This document shows, piece by piece, positions 11,883 to 22,898 of a stretch of 64,000 nt of DNA. Within the stretch, counting starts at the first letter, position 1. The number at the start of each line of letters is the position of its first letter. Source of the stretch: Felis catus (lineage: Eukaryota); contig NC_058368.1 of assembly GCF_018350175.1 (NCBI RefSeq), positions 224,752,001 through 224,816,000 on the forward strand, given 5' to 3'. The notes under the pieces were generated by a model. The model made no database searches, was not told the origin of the DNA, and saw only the letters and a program-made list of their open reading frames with translations. A program made the translations under genes and the position numbers.

Positions 11883-12779
11883 TTAAGCTACTAGTATTCT
11901 TAAAATTCTGTTTATTCTAGCTGATTGTTCCTCTATACAGATGAAGATCTAGGTTGATTAATATTTCCCCTGTGTTAATTTATTTCCCTGTAATACTTCT
12001 CCCCTTAAAGAGAGGGTGGACTAACGCTTTGTGTAGAGAATGGGTGGGTCAGTGGACAAGCTTTATGCTGTTGTGCATAGCAAGGATCAAACCAATAAGG
12101 TATCATGTCCAGAAATGTCAAACCACTGAAGGCCTGAGATTGGAGTGAGCCACTTTATTATGACTCCTGTTTTTCCTACAGAGTTGGTTCCATTTCTTTC
12201 CTACAGAGTTGGTTCTCAGGATAAAATGGCAGGATGAAGACTGATGATAGACAATTACTCGTTGCACCTGCGAGAGGTGGCAAGGGACCTGTTGTCCCTC
12301 ATGTTCCCTAGAACATCCTTTAATTAAGCATCTTGATTACTCGCTAAATCTCCAATCTGCTCACAATCTTTCCCACTCTGATGCTGGAATTGTTTTACAG
12401 TAATGCCAACAAAAACATTTCCTATGTCTAAGGTAGCCTTCTCTGAATATTCTAGACTGTGGGTGCCTTGTCTTCTGTCAGATTTGTCATTATTATCCCA
12501 ATTGTTTTTTATCTTCTAGAAATGTATGACATATTTGATCATCCGATGGCCCCTTTCCTGCTCTATGTTGCAATAGTTCTTGTCAATCTTTTTTTTTTCA
12601 CTGTCATTTTCACACTTTTTGACAAAAGAGAGAAAATAAATTTTATGCTCAGTTTGGCATCTTGAATAGAAAGTTGCAAAAGTTTTCTAAGTATGGCAAA
12701 AGATGAACTTCCAAAGGTTAAGTGGTATTTTGAAAAAACAAAACAAAACAAAACAAAAACCCCACAAGACTCTTGGTGT

Positions 12780-13050
12780 GCAACAGAGAGGAGAACAGGT
12801 TACATCACAGAAATGACACCCTGAATTTAGAGAACCCAGATCTTTCGTAATGGACTAGAAGCATGGCTCGGCCGTTTCCACAGCAGGACATACATCTGTC
12901 CTCTATTGCACAGTAAACTATCCTGCTCTTTGCTCCAGGGACAGACCCCATATTTATCTTCCAAGGCTGTTTATCAAGCCAACATCTTAGAAGAGATGGT
13001 CTAGAACAAAGACACTCATGACTCTGCTTTCAAAACATGCAGAAACATAA
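12780..13050. mobile_element. Probable ancient LTR fragment (ERVL class)
   Basis: tttatcttccaaggctgtt...aacatcttagaagagatggtctagaacaaag...catgcagaaac resembles old eutherian LTR consensus; family not certain. Confidence 0.4.
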
Positions 13051-13779
13051 AGGACAATTATTTTCTGGCAGTGTTTTGACCTTGACACTAATATAGTTTT
13101 CTGAGATAGGTTGCAATAGGTTGGCTGTAGGTATCCCCAGGGACCCTCTCTCTTGGTAAGAAGGCCTGGCGTTAGAACCAAAACAAACTTAGCAATATTG
13201 GGCCCCCTGCCCCCGGCCAGGGCTGTCTTAGGTGTTATAGCTTACTACCTCAAAAGGACATAAGGTCAGCCTCAAATATAAATACCCCAATAAAAGAAGG
13301 GCAAACCAAGGCCAGAAGCCCTAAGAAGCTTTATTTATATCCTTACTGTTAATCCATCATCTGGAGCTTTGACTGAGCCAAGGAACAAGTCCCTTCATGG
13401 AGTCCAAGGGAAGTGTGCAAAGAACAGAGAATTCCTCTAGAAAGCAGTGGATATTTTGAGGGGGGGGGGGACAGTCCTTAAAGGATACATCAATTTTGGC
13501 TTTATATCATAATTTTCTAGACTGATGACTTTTATATTCTGATTTCTTAACTTCTGAAAAATAAAGATTCTGCCTTATTCATCGATCAGAGTTGTGTTCT
13601 AATAATTTGTTTGGAAAAAAAATTTGTTACAATCAATTCGAGTTTTAGAATAACAATTAGAGTCTGATTAACAATTTTTGTTTGTCAAAAGGAAGCCCTC
13701 CAACCCAGTTCGTAATATTTTCCCTGTCTTTACTTAATGAGAGCCATGTGTCTTTTATCCTGTGTTGGCTTTGCTCTAG

Positions 13780-14160
13780 AAAAGTCTGTCTCCACCTGCA
13801 CTGCAAATCAGCACAACATGGAGGCTTTTAAAAAATATCAGTGAGGGGCCCCTGGGTGGCGCAGTCAGTTAAGCGTCCGACTTCAGCCAGGTCTCGAGGT
13901 CTGGGAGTTCGAGCCCCACGTCAGGCTCTGGGCTGATGGCTCAGAGCCTGGAGCCTGTTTCTGATTCTGTGTCTCCCTCTCTCTCTGCCCCTCCCCCGTT
14001 CATGCTCTGTCTCTCTCTGTCCCAAAAATAAATAAACGTTGGAAAAAAAAATACCAATGAATGCTACAACCTAAAGCCAAAAAAGGCAGATCTCCAAGGA
14101 TATATTTTTAAGCCTTTTCACACCTGATTCTGAGGCAGAGTGAGGGCTGAGAACTAGGGT
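13780..14160. mobile_element. MER5-like hAT fragment interrupted by a SINE
   Basis: gctttt aaaaaat...tatatttttaag...tgattctgaggcagagtgagggctgagaact. Confidence 0.5.
13845..14050 (+). mobile_element. Young feline SINE (SINEC_Fc-like)
   Basis: ggtggcgcagtcagttaagcgtccgacttcagccagg...gggctgatggctcag; TSD aaaaaata(t/c)ca(g/a)tga. Confidence 0.95.
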
Positions 14161-17093
14161 CCGGAGCGTTGCTAGGTACTCTCTTCAAGAGACAGGAAAT
14201 GTACCACCTTCTTAATTTTCTCTCTTCATTGCAGAAAAAATGTCTTTGAGATGGTCTGCTCAGCCAAGACAATATACGCTACCTACTCGAACAACCCTTA
14301 CTCAAGACTCTTCATTTTTATACTACAAGCTGAATTTTTATTTTACACACACACACCAATCCCCACATTAAAAAAAAAAAATTACATATTCTAGGACAGA
14401 AACTTTAGAGCCAGCTAACCTTCTATTAAAAAAAAAAAAACCTTGATGTTTCCTCAAAGATGAAGATACGCACACGTCATATGTTTTTGAATGGTCAGAA
14501 CTAGGCATCCAATAAATAAATATTGACCAAGGAAAGAAATAAATGTACTCGTAAATGAAAAACAGAACGATATGCACATCGATAAGTCCAAAACTATGCA
14601 TAAGGGGCATGAAGTACAAGATGGGGCCCTAGGTCGTGGAAATGGCTTAATGGAAGAACTTCATTAACAAACATTTATTAGATTTAACCATAGGAAATCA
14701 ATAATACCTGACTATATTGAACCACAAAATGGCAGTTTCATGTTACAAGCTAACAATTTCTTATTGATTATTTCCTACTGCCCATCATTTTCACTTATTT
14801 GGTTTACGGACAGTTATTACCTGTTGTATGTGTCAAAGTCCCATGAAGACCCTGTTCAGGAAAAGAGCTTGAAACACAGAGGTGAAATTGTTTGTTTTAA
14901 TTTTGAAACACTTCCATATGTATAATGTTAAAGTAATACATGTTTGCTAGAAGAATATAAGATTGTGTCCCTCAGGGCTAAAGCTCTGCTTAGTTTTAAT
15001 ATATGCTATTGAGATAGCCGTAGGATATTTTAGCATCTCATATTTGTATGGCTAAATGAACTTCCCAAACTCAGTAGCTACAGGTATCCAATTGCACCTC
15101 TGGGTAATTAAGAAAAAAGAGTTCCCCTTCCTTTGGACCAGATAGCTTTTACAAGGGCAAATGGCTTGATGGGTAAATCCCAAGATGAATTTCAGCCCCA
15201 TGTGTCTTCTTGTCCGAGTGCACATAGGCAGTGATCAACCTGCACAACCGTACATGGAGAACCTGAACACTGTACGAGGTTTTGTTCTAAACCAGAGGTG
15301 ATTTCCTTTTCCTGGTTGTTATAACGTCAGTGCCTGATTGTTAACAATGAGACAGATATCACACAGCAAGAATATATCTAAACACCAGCCCAAAGTTACT
15401 CAGCTGGTCAATTATTGATTACATAAAATTATACTAAATACATTCAGACAGTACCACAGTAGATTTAGCTGGTAAAATTGTGTTTTCTTTTGTATTGTTG
15501 TCATATGGCCAAACGTGTCTGGAACTCCCACTTTTTGATAGGTGTGATGTGCTTAGGCAGGCAGAGCTTCACCTCAAACTTGGAGTCCGCTTCAAACAAG
15601 ACTCCCTTTATAACCTCTCTAAGTGCAGAATTAATTGGCTGTAATGAGATCCAATTATTACCTCATTTGAGGCCAATTAAATTGGCAGGTCCCTACATTC
15701 AATTTAGCAGAAATATTGAACAACAATCTGGCAACTGGTTTTGACCAGAGAGGACTCACAGGAGTTCTGTGAGAAATCTGTGACACGAGTCTTTTTGAGA
15801 GAGGGATACTAAGATTTTGGTGCCATGTGCTTGAAACCAATAGTAAGAGGGGACAATTTGTTATTCCCAAGTTTTCATCAAGAGAGAAAAAATAACTAAG
15901 TAAACACACAGTTCGTAGTAAATAAATAGTTCAATAGCAAATAAATAATCGCACAATGAATACGCAGGAGTTTCAGGCATAAAGCCATGGTGGCTAGGAA
16001 CCAGTTAAACCATCACAAAGCAAGGATTCACATCCATAACCTTGAATGTTGAAATGGGCACTGTAATTGTGGAAGCAAGTCCTAAAGTTTCTTGAAAATT
16101 AATTCTCTCATTTTCGTGAAAAGCTATATATCATTCCGAAACTATAAACACTTGCCTTCTGATGTCAGTGTTAATTTGTTTTCTTAATGATACTTCACAG
16201 TCCAATTTCTCATCCAAACAAGTGATCTCTACTAATAGTTTTTAAAAAATTATACCATTTAAAGAAATACTAAATATCCAGAGGGAAAGCTGCAATTCCA
16301 GAAAAAAAACTTCTGTAATTTTAATTATTGTATTTTATGAGTATAATATTGTTATACACAATTAGAGCAGATAAACTGGTTTCCCGGGGGGATTCCTGTA
16401 ATCAGTAGTTTAAGACCTGATAAAATACACCTACTCTTTTGCAAGGAAAAAGCGATGTAGTCCTGAGTTCATCTTAAAGGTGTTCTATGTTTAAATTATT
16501 TCTTTATTACAAATGACAGCATTATAGGATTCTAAGTGCTAAATAGCTTTGCAATCAAAAGATATGTAGGGTGAAAACTGATTTCAAATACCTTTGAGTA
16601 GGAATATCTGATTGTTAAGTACCAGGCTTTATAGAAGGCTTTCTGTATGCTTAGTGAAGTTCTGATGCAAAGTAACCTCTTAAGTAGTTGAGCTGGGTTT
16701 GTTATTTTTCCAGAACCATCTATGAAGGGACTAACTACCAGTCTAGAAAGTCTCAGAAAGCTAGGTAGAGGACAGTGGGTCTAATCTATACTATTTGAAA
16801 GTGATCACGCCTAAGAAGGGATTTTAAATTTTCACTAAAGCAAAATAGTTTATTTAAATGTGTATATTTCTATATCCGATCAGTAAGGCAAGGAGAAAGC
16901 CTAAAATACCTACAACATTTTACAAGCTAAAAACAAAACAGATATTTGTAAAACTGCATTAGAGATAGACAGAATCTGATCTCCATAGTAGCCTATGTAT
17001 TGTGTGACCAATATTGGTATATTATTTTTTCATAAGAGGGAAACATTTGGCTGTCATGTTAATTACTCATGAAACTTTTAAGACCTATTTTTT

Positions 17094-17308
17094 TTTTATT
17101 TTTTTTAACGTTTATTTATTTTTGAGACAGAGAGAGACAGAGCATGAAGGGGGGAGGGGCAGAGAGAGAAGGAGACACAGAATCGGAAGCAGGCTCCAGG
17201 CTCTGAGCCATCAGCCCAGAGCCTGAGCGGGGCTCGAACTCACGGACCGCGAGATCGTGACCTGAGCTGAAGTCGGACGCTTAACCGACTGCGCCACCCA
17301 GGCGCCCC
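17094..17308 (-). mobile_element. Young feline SINE (SINEC_Fc-like)
   Basis: Near-consensus with CpGs intact; TSD agacctattttt at ~17081 and ~17313. Confidence 0.97.
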
Positions 17309-17774
17309 ATTGAGACCTATTTTTTAATTTTACTTATAATATATATTTGTGTCCAGTTTTGAGGTTGAATATTTCTAAAATGGGCATAATTTTTCTAGTC
17401 TCTAAGAGAAAAGACTAGCTTTTACATTGTTTTACAATTACTTTTCATATAATGATTTATTTATATACATGTTATTGGGGTTTATATACTAAAATACACT
17501 TTAAATAAAGATTAACTCTTTTAATGCATGAGTTACGAAAAATGATTGAATACAGAAGCAAAATGTTATTAGACCAATAAAACATGGTGACTTTTTTTTT
17601 TTTCAATGCTCCTGGCAAAGACACTTTTAAGAGTCAGTCATATCAAACCATCTTGAAAGAGAATATTTCAAGTTTGTTCATAGCATTCTAATTCATAGAA
17701 AAAAATATAATACTTCAAAACCATTTTATAGAATTTTGATGTCACGGTTTATATAACTAATATCAAAACCCAGA

Positions 17775-17884
17775 GGGATACCTGGGTGGCTCAGTTGGTT
17801 GACCCACTCTTGATCTCAGCTCAGGTCTTGATTTTAGTCCTGTATTGGACTCCACACTGGACATGAAGACTACTTAAAAAAAAA
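17775..17884 (+). mobile_element. Short carnivore SINE variant lacking the CT-rich region
   Basis: cctgggtggctcagttggtt...tgatctcagctcaggtcttga...tacttaaaaaaaaa. Confidence 0.8.
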
Positions 17885-17989
17885 TCGAACCCCTAAATGT
17901 AGACTTAAACCTTATGAATGAGTAGAAATGAAAAAAAAAATCATAAATAAAATATAATCTGAGTCCGTTAAAAGATAAATACTCCATAA

Positions 17990-18265
17990 TAAAAAAGATA
18001 CATTCCAGAAATGTAAAAATGGAAAGATATTAAAAAACCCAATCATATAATTCATCACATCTCTAAATTTAAAAATTGTAAATAGTATTTAAATATATAA
18101 TAAAAGACATCTGGAATTTGAAAATACCTTTCTAATGAAAATTCTTACAATGTGATACATGGAAAGATGCTTCATTTGTATTATGAAGGGTATTTGTCTC
18201 CAAGCAACAGGTGAGTATATTCATAAAGATGAAACCCTAATACATTACAAGCATTTTTAGCAATG
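17990..18265 (+). mobile_element. Ancient L1 ORF2 fragment
   Basis: atataattcatcacat...aagggtatttg...gatgaaacccta, A-rich decayed ORF2-like sequence. Confidence 0.5.
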
Positions 18266-18280
18266 CAACCTCTGAAAAAT

Positions 18281-18285
18281 GGAAG

Positions 18286-18320
<35 letters not shown>

Positions 18321-18562
18321 AAAGGAAAGAAAAAAATAGAAAGAAGAGAGAGAGTAAGAGAAAGGGAGAAAGAGGGAGGGAGGGAGGGAGGGAGGGAGGG
18401 AGGGAGGGAGGAAGGGAGGAAGGGAGGGAGGAAGGAAGGAAGGAAGGGAAGGAGGGAGGGGAAGGGAAGAAATAAAATGAGAAGGAAAGAGAGGGAAGGG
18501 AAGGGAAGGGAAGGGAAGGGAAGGGAAGGGAAGGGAAGGGAAGAGAAGGGAAGGGAAGAAAA
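18281..18562 (+). repeat. Compound polypurine repeat (GAAA/GGGA/GGAA/GGGAA)
   Basis: ~280 nt that is almost purely A/G. Confidence 0.97.
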
Positions 18563-19106
18563 CTTACCAAAAATCCCACTATGCAAACGTGAAATAGGCA
18601 GTGATTTTAGGGTAGGAGAAGGACCACATGGAGAGTCACTACTGTCACTTCTCACCAACCCATCCCTACCTACAAGACAGCCCTGAGTTGCCAAAAGGTA
18701 ATTCCATTCTCCATTCATGGATTATTCAGAGATGTGGGACCAAGCCCTAAGATAGATCATGGCAAAGAAGGCGATTTGGAAAGATGACCGTCACTCCCTT
18801 GTCACACTGCCATTTATATCAAGGCTACCTGAAGTTAGTTTATTGAGAGCATCTGAGTAAAGTGTCCAGAAACTAAACACAAAGCCCCAGAAAGAAACAA
18901 CTTTTTAATTCTTCTTCTAGATACCCCCATCTGTGCTGTGTGCCCTGAAGCCTTGCAGTCATGTTACCCGTTTGAAGATGAAATCTACCCACAAAACTCA
19001 GAGCTGTAGCATTAAGGCGGCCGTGAAGTCAGGCTCCTCCTGGTGGTTCAGTTTGTTCGGCCATCGAGCCAGTTTGCGCTGCATTTTCTATTCCTTATAA
19101 CCCACA

Positions 19107-19280
19107 GCAGGAGTTGGCAGAGTTCAGAAAAGGGCCTGATGATAAAGACTTTGGGCTCTCTGGACCATATGATTTCTGTTACTCAACTCTGCCATTTTAT
19201 CACAAGAGCAGCCGTAGGCGATACATAAACAAAAAGGCACGGCTATGCTCCAGTACATCTTTATAAGCACAAAAGTAGGT
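19107..19280. mobile_element. MER58A-like hAT-Charlie element
   Basis: aaagggcc...ttactcaactctgccatt...agcagccgtaggcgatacataaac...ggctatgctccagta. Confidence 0.75.
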
Positions 19281-19579
19281 CATAAAGTTACTCTCCCACG
19301 TTTTCTTCCATAACTTTCGTACTTTAAAGATTTACATCACGGCCTTAGATCCATTTATAGCTAATTTAGATATGTGGGGCAAGTTACGGGTCTGGCCCAG
19401 CCGCGTTTGTGCGTGGAAAAGGCTATCCTGAATTGCCCCTGTGCTGTTGTCAAATTCCATTGACTAATTCTGGATTCTTTTCTTTTCCATGGATTTATCT
19501 GCCTATCCATATCACACTACCCCCGCCCCATTTTTTTTTTTAAAGAATTTTTTTCATGACTCCCCTGGCTTTTTTGTTT

Positions 19580-19912
19580 TTTTTTAAGTTTTGTAAAAAT
19601 TCCAGTTAGTTAACTTTCAGTGTAAATTAGTTTCAGGTGTGCAATACAGGGATTCAACACTTCCAGACGGCACTCAGGGCTGATTTCCAGTACCTTCTAA
19701 TGCCCATCACCTATTTCGCCCATCCCCTCACCCACCTCCCCTCTGGTAACCATCAGCTCTCCATGGTTAAGAGTCTGTTTCTTGGTTTGCCTCCCTCTCT
19801 CTTCTTTTTTTTTTTTCCCTTTGCTCTTTGTTTTGTTTCTTAAGTTCCACATATGAGTGAAATCCTGTGCTATTTGTCTTTCTCTGAGTGACTTATTTTG
19901 CTTAGCATAATG
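19580..19912 (-). mobile_element. Carnivore L1 3' end
   Basis: cccatcacctatttcgcccatcccctcacccacctcccctctggtaaccatcag...ttccacatatgagtgaaatc. Confidence 0.85.
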
Positions 19913-20010
19913 CAGTGTGTGTCTCCCAATTTTGCTTTCTTTTTTGATAGTGTTTATTCATTCCTATCAACTTTAAGATCAGCTAATCAATTTCTAAAAT
20001 AAGACCCTGA

Positions 20011-20205
20011 GGGGGCGCCTGGGTGGCTCAGTCGGTTAAATGTCCAACTCTTGATTCCGGGTCAGGCCATGATCTTATGGTTCAGTTCGTAAGATAGAGC
20101 CTTGCGTTTGGCTCAGCGCTGACAGCACGGAGCCTGCTTAGGATTCTTTCTCTCTTGCCCCTCTCCCTTTTTCCCCAGGTCTCTCTCTCTGTCTGTCTCA
20201 AAAAA
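20011..20205 (+). mobile_element. SINEC (tail resumes at ~20630-20700)
   Basis: ggggcgcctgggtggctcagtcggttaaatgtccaactcttgatt. Confidence 0.95.
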
Positions 20206-20272
20206 GAATATATATATATATATATACACATACGCTCTGTCACTCTCTGTCTCAAAACAATAAACAAACATA

Positions 20273-20304
<32 letters not shown>

Positions 20305-20426
20305 CACATGTGTATATATATATATACAATATATATATTGTATATATACAATACAATTGTATTGTATATATACTATACAATAAACAAACATATATATATA
20401 TATATACACATGTGTATATATATATA
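20206..20426. repeat. Palindromic (TA)n-rich complex repeat with inverted copies of SINE tail
   Basis: TA runs plus 20232-20270, the exact reverse complement of 20427-20465. Confidence 0.9.
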
Positions 20427-20629
20427 TGTTTGTTTATTGTTTTGAGACAGAGAGTGACAGAGCGTGAGCAGGGGAGGGGCAGAGAAAGAGGGAGACACAG
20501 AATCCAAAGCAGGCTCCAGGCTCTGAGCTGTCAGCACAGAGCCCGATGGGAGGCTGGAACCCACGAACTGTGAGATCATGACCTGAGCCGAAGTCAGATG
20601 CTTAACTGACTGAGCCACTCAGGTGCCCC
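20427..20629 (-). mobile_element. SINEC inserted into the tail of the preceding SINE
   Basis: Full antisense SINE; aagaata on both sides. Confidence 0.95.
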
Positions 20630-21163
20630 AAGAATAAATAAATATTTCAAAAGAAAAGAAAGAAAGAAAGAGAAAGAAAGAAAAAAAGAACGAAAGAAAA
20701 GCTGAGAGGATTTGATTGAGATTGTGTTGAATTTAGAGGTCATTTTGGGAAGACTTGACATATTACTATTGAATCTCCTGATTCAGGAACATTATATATC
20801 TGACCATTTACTCGGGTCAGCTTTGATTTCTCTCGGCACTGTTTTGTACTTTTCGCTGTACGAGTCTGACGCAGCTTTTACTAGGAGTATCCTTATCTAC
20901 ATAATATTTTGATGCTATTATAAATAGTACTTTTAATTTAAATTTCTTGTGTAGAAGTTAGAATGTAATTGGATGGCTGAATCTTAATATCAGTCAGGGT
21001 ATAACTCAAACTTTTGAAAAATTAAAGCAACCGCACTTGTCTTATAAATCCAGTCTTCATCAGTCTGCATGTTTATGTCTATGTATTTGTTGCAGATGTG
21101 CATCTTTTGCTTTTTACCTCCTGGTGGTATTTTTTTACGAATTAATTTGTAAAGAGCTCTATT

Positions 21164-21377
21164 CATTTTTTTAACGTTTATTTATTTTTGAGATAGAGAC
21201 ACAGACAGAACACAAGCAGGGGAGGGGCAGAGAGCGATGGAGACGCAGAATCCGAAGCAGGCTCCAGGCTCCGACATGTCAGCACAGAGCCCGACGCAGG
21301 GCTCGAAGTCACCAGCTGTGAGATCATGACTTGAGCTGAAGTCCAATGCCCAACCGACTGAGCCACCCAGGCGTCCC
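21164..21377 (-). mobile_element. SINEC
   Basis: Perfect 16-bp TSD tgtaaagagctctatt at 21148-21163 and 21378-21393. Confidence 0.97.
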
Positions 21378-21436
21378 TGTAAAGAGCTCTATTAAATTGG
21401 CTTAAAGATAAACAAACATTAAATAAATAAATAAAC

Positions 21437-21564
21437 AAATATACATATTTTATATATGTAAAATATACACATACATATATGTAAACTATGTATATACATA
21501 TATATAAAATATACATATTTTATATGTGTATATATGTGATTTCCTGTTCCTGGTATCCACACAC

Positions 21565-21602
<38 letters not shown>
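21437..21602. repeat. AT-rich low-complexity region and (CATATA)n
   Basis: tatatatgta motifs; catata tandem at ~21565-21602. Confidence 0.85.
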
Positions 21603-21603
<1 letters not shown>

Positions 21604-21791
21604 GGGGAGCCTGGGTGGCTCAGTTGGTTAAGCATCCAACTTGGGCTCAGGTCCTGATCTCACAGTTCATGGATTTGAGCCCCATGTCGGGATTTGTGCT
21701 GACATCTCAGAGCCTGGGGCCTGCTTCGGATTCTGTCTCCCTCTCTCTCTGCTCCTCCCCCACTTGCGCTCTATCTCTGTCAAAAATAAAT

Positions 21792-21823
<32 letters not shown>
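21604..21823 (+). mobile_element. SINEC with (CA)n after the tail
   Basis: ggggagcctgggtggctcagttggttaagcatccaac...aataaataaacacacaca. Confidence 0.95.
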
Positions 21824-21830
<7 letters not shown>

Positions 21831-21905
21831 CTATCAGAAATACAGAACCTAACCCAAATGTTTTTCAAATTCATGTGATGTAGGATGATATTCAGTAAAT
21901 AAAGG

Positions 21906-22429
21906 TGTAGGGGACAAAAATTAATTTCCCCTTCAGCCTTGTAAGTTCTTCCCAGAGACAGTCCCCTGCACCCCCCATAACAAACAACAGATCAACAGGG
22001 GAAAAAACGCACAGGAGTTTAATAACATATATACCTCCAATCTACATGAGAGATGTCCAGAAACATTGAGTAACTGCCCCCAAAGGCCCAAAATGTTAAA
22101 TGAAATCTCCGGCTAAACACAAAAGAGATTTTGGGGGAAGGAAGCAGTTATGACAGGGTAAGAGTGAGGTTGTATGCAGATTTAAGCCCTTGACTTCTCC
22201 GATGATAAGAGTTTCTAGAAACCGAGTCGTCTTCTCTTCCTGGTACAGAGAGGGAAACAACCTTACAAATGGCCATTTCCCTTGCAAATGTAAATGTCTC
22301 TTACAAAAAAAAAGTTCTTTTTGCTTTTCAGAGATTTTCCTATATCTGCCATTTCTCAAAAACAATCAGCCTAAAGTAATCTTTATGCCAAAGAGGAATT
22401 TGGGGGGTAGCATGTTCTTCTGTCCTTCA
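21906..22429 (-). mobile_element. Solo LTR, MER34-like ERV1 class
   Basis: TG...CA termini; minus-strand start tgaaggacagaagaacatgctaccccccaaattcctctttggcataaagatta resembles the MER34 family; interrupts the old L1. Confidence 0.75.
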
Positions 22430-22714
22430 AAAACTAGGTTGAATTTATGATTGTTTCCGTTTTACAGACTTTTGTATGTTGATCTTGTGCCTGTGACCTT
22501 GCTAAACTCACTTTTTAGTTTTTGTAACATTTTTACAGATTTCATAGAATTTTCTGCATAGATGATCATGTCATCTGTGAATAAAGACTGTTTTAATTTT
22601 TATTTTACAATGAGGATCTCTTTCATATCTGTTTTTCCTAACCTTACTAAACTCTCTAGGACTTCCTGAGCAGTGTTGAGTAGATTTCCCATAATGTCTC
22701 TTACGTTTGCACTT

Positions 22715-22898
22715 AAAAAAAAAAAGTGTATTTATTTTGAAAGAGAGAGCAGCAAAGAGAGAGGGAGAGAGAGAGAGAATCCCAAGAAGGCTCCGTGCGG
22801 TCAGCAGGAGCTCGAAGCAGGGCTCAATCCCAAGAATCATGACCTGAGCCAAAGCCAAAAGTTGTCTGCTTCACAGACTGAGCCACCCAGGGTGCCCC
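22715..22898 (-). mobile_element. SINEC
   Basis: TSD tac(g/t)tttgcactt; ends ctgagccacccagggtgcccc. Confidence 0.93.

Larger units (their letters stand above)
19282..22700 (-). mobile_element. Ancient antisense L1 ORF2 remnant broken by at least six younger insertions
   Basis: Collinear L1 pieces at ~19282-19520, ~19920-20005, ~20705-20990 (gatttgattgagattgtgttgaattta) and ~22430-22700 (gcatagatgatcatgtcatctgtgaata). Confidence 0.7.

Noticed and set aside
18181..18718. Overlapping 130-150 aa ORFs on both strands
   Set aside because: Caused by the stop-free purine repeat.
20082..20618. Tyr/Ile-rich ORFs
   Set aside because: Translations of (TA)n repeats and SINEs.
22708..22730. A-run where a poly-T tail is expected (apparent micro-inversion); similar at ~26551, ~56565, ~62312
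   Set aside because: Feline SINE tails often contain internal T-runs (e.g. plus-strand copy at 45419-45426), so no inversion is needed.
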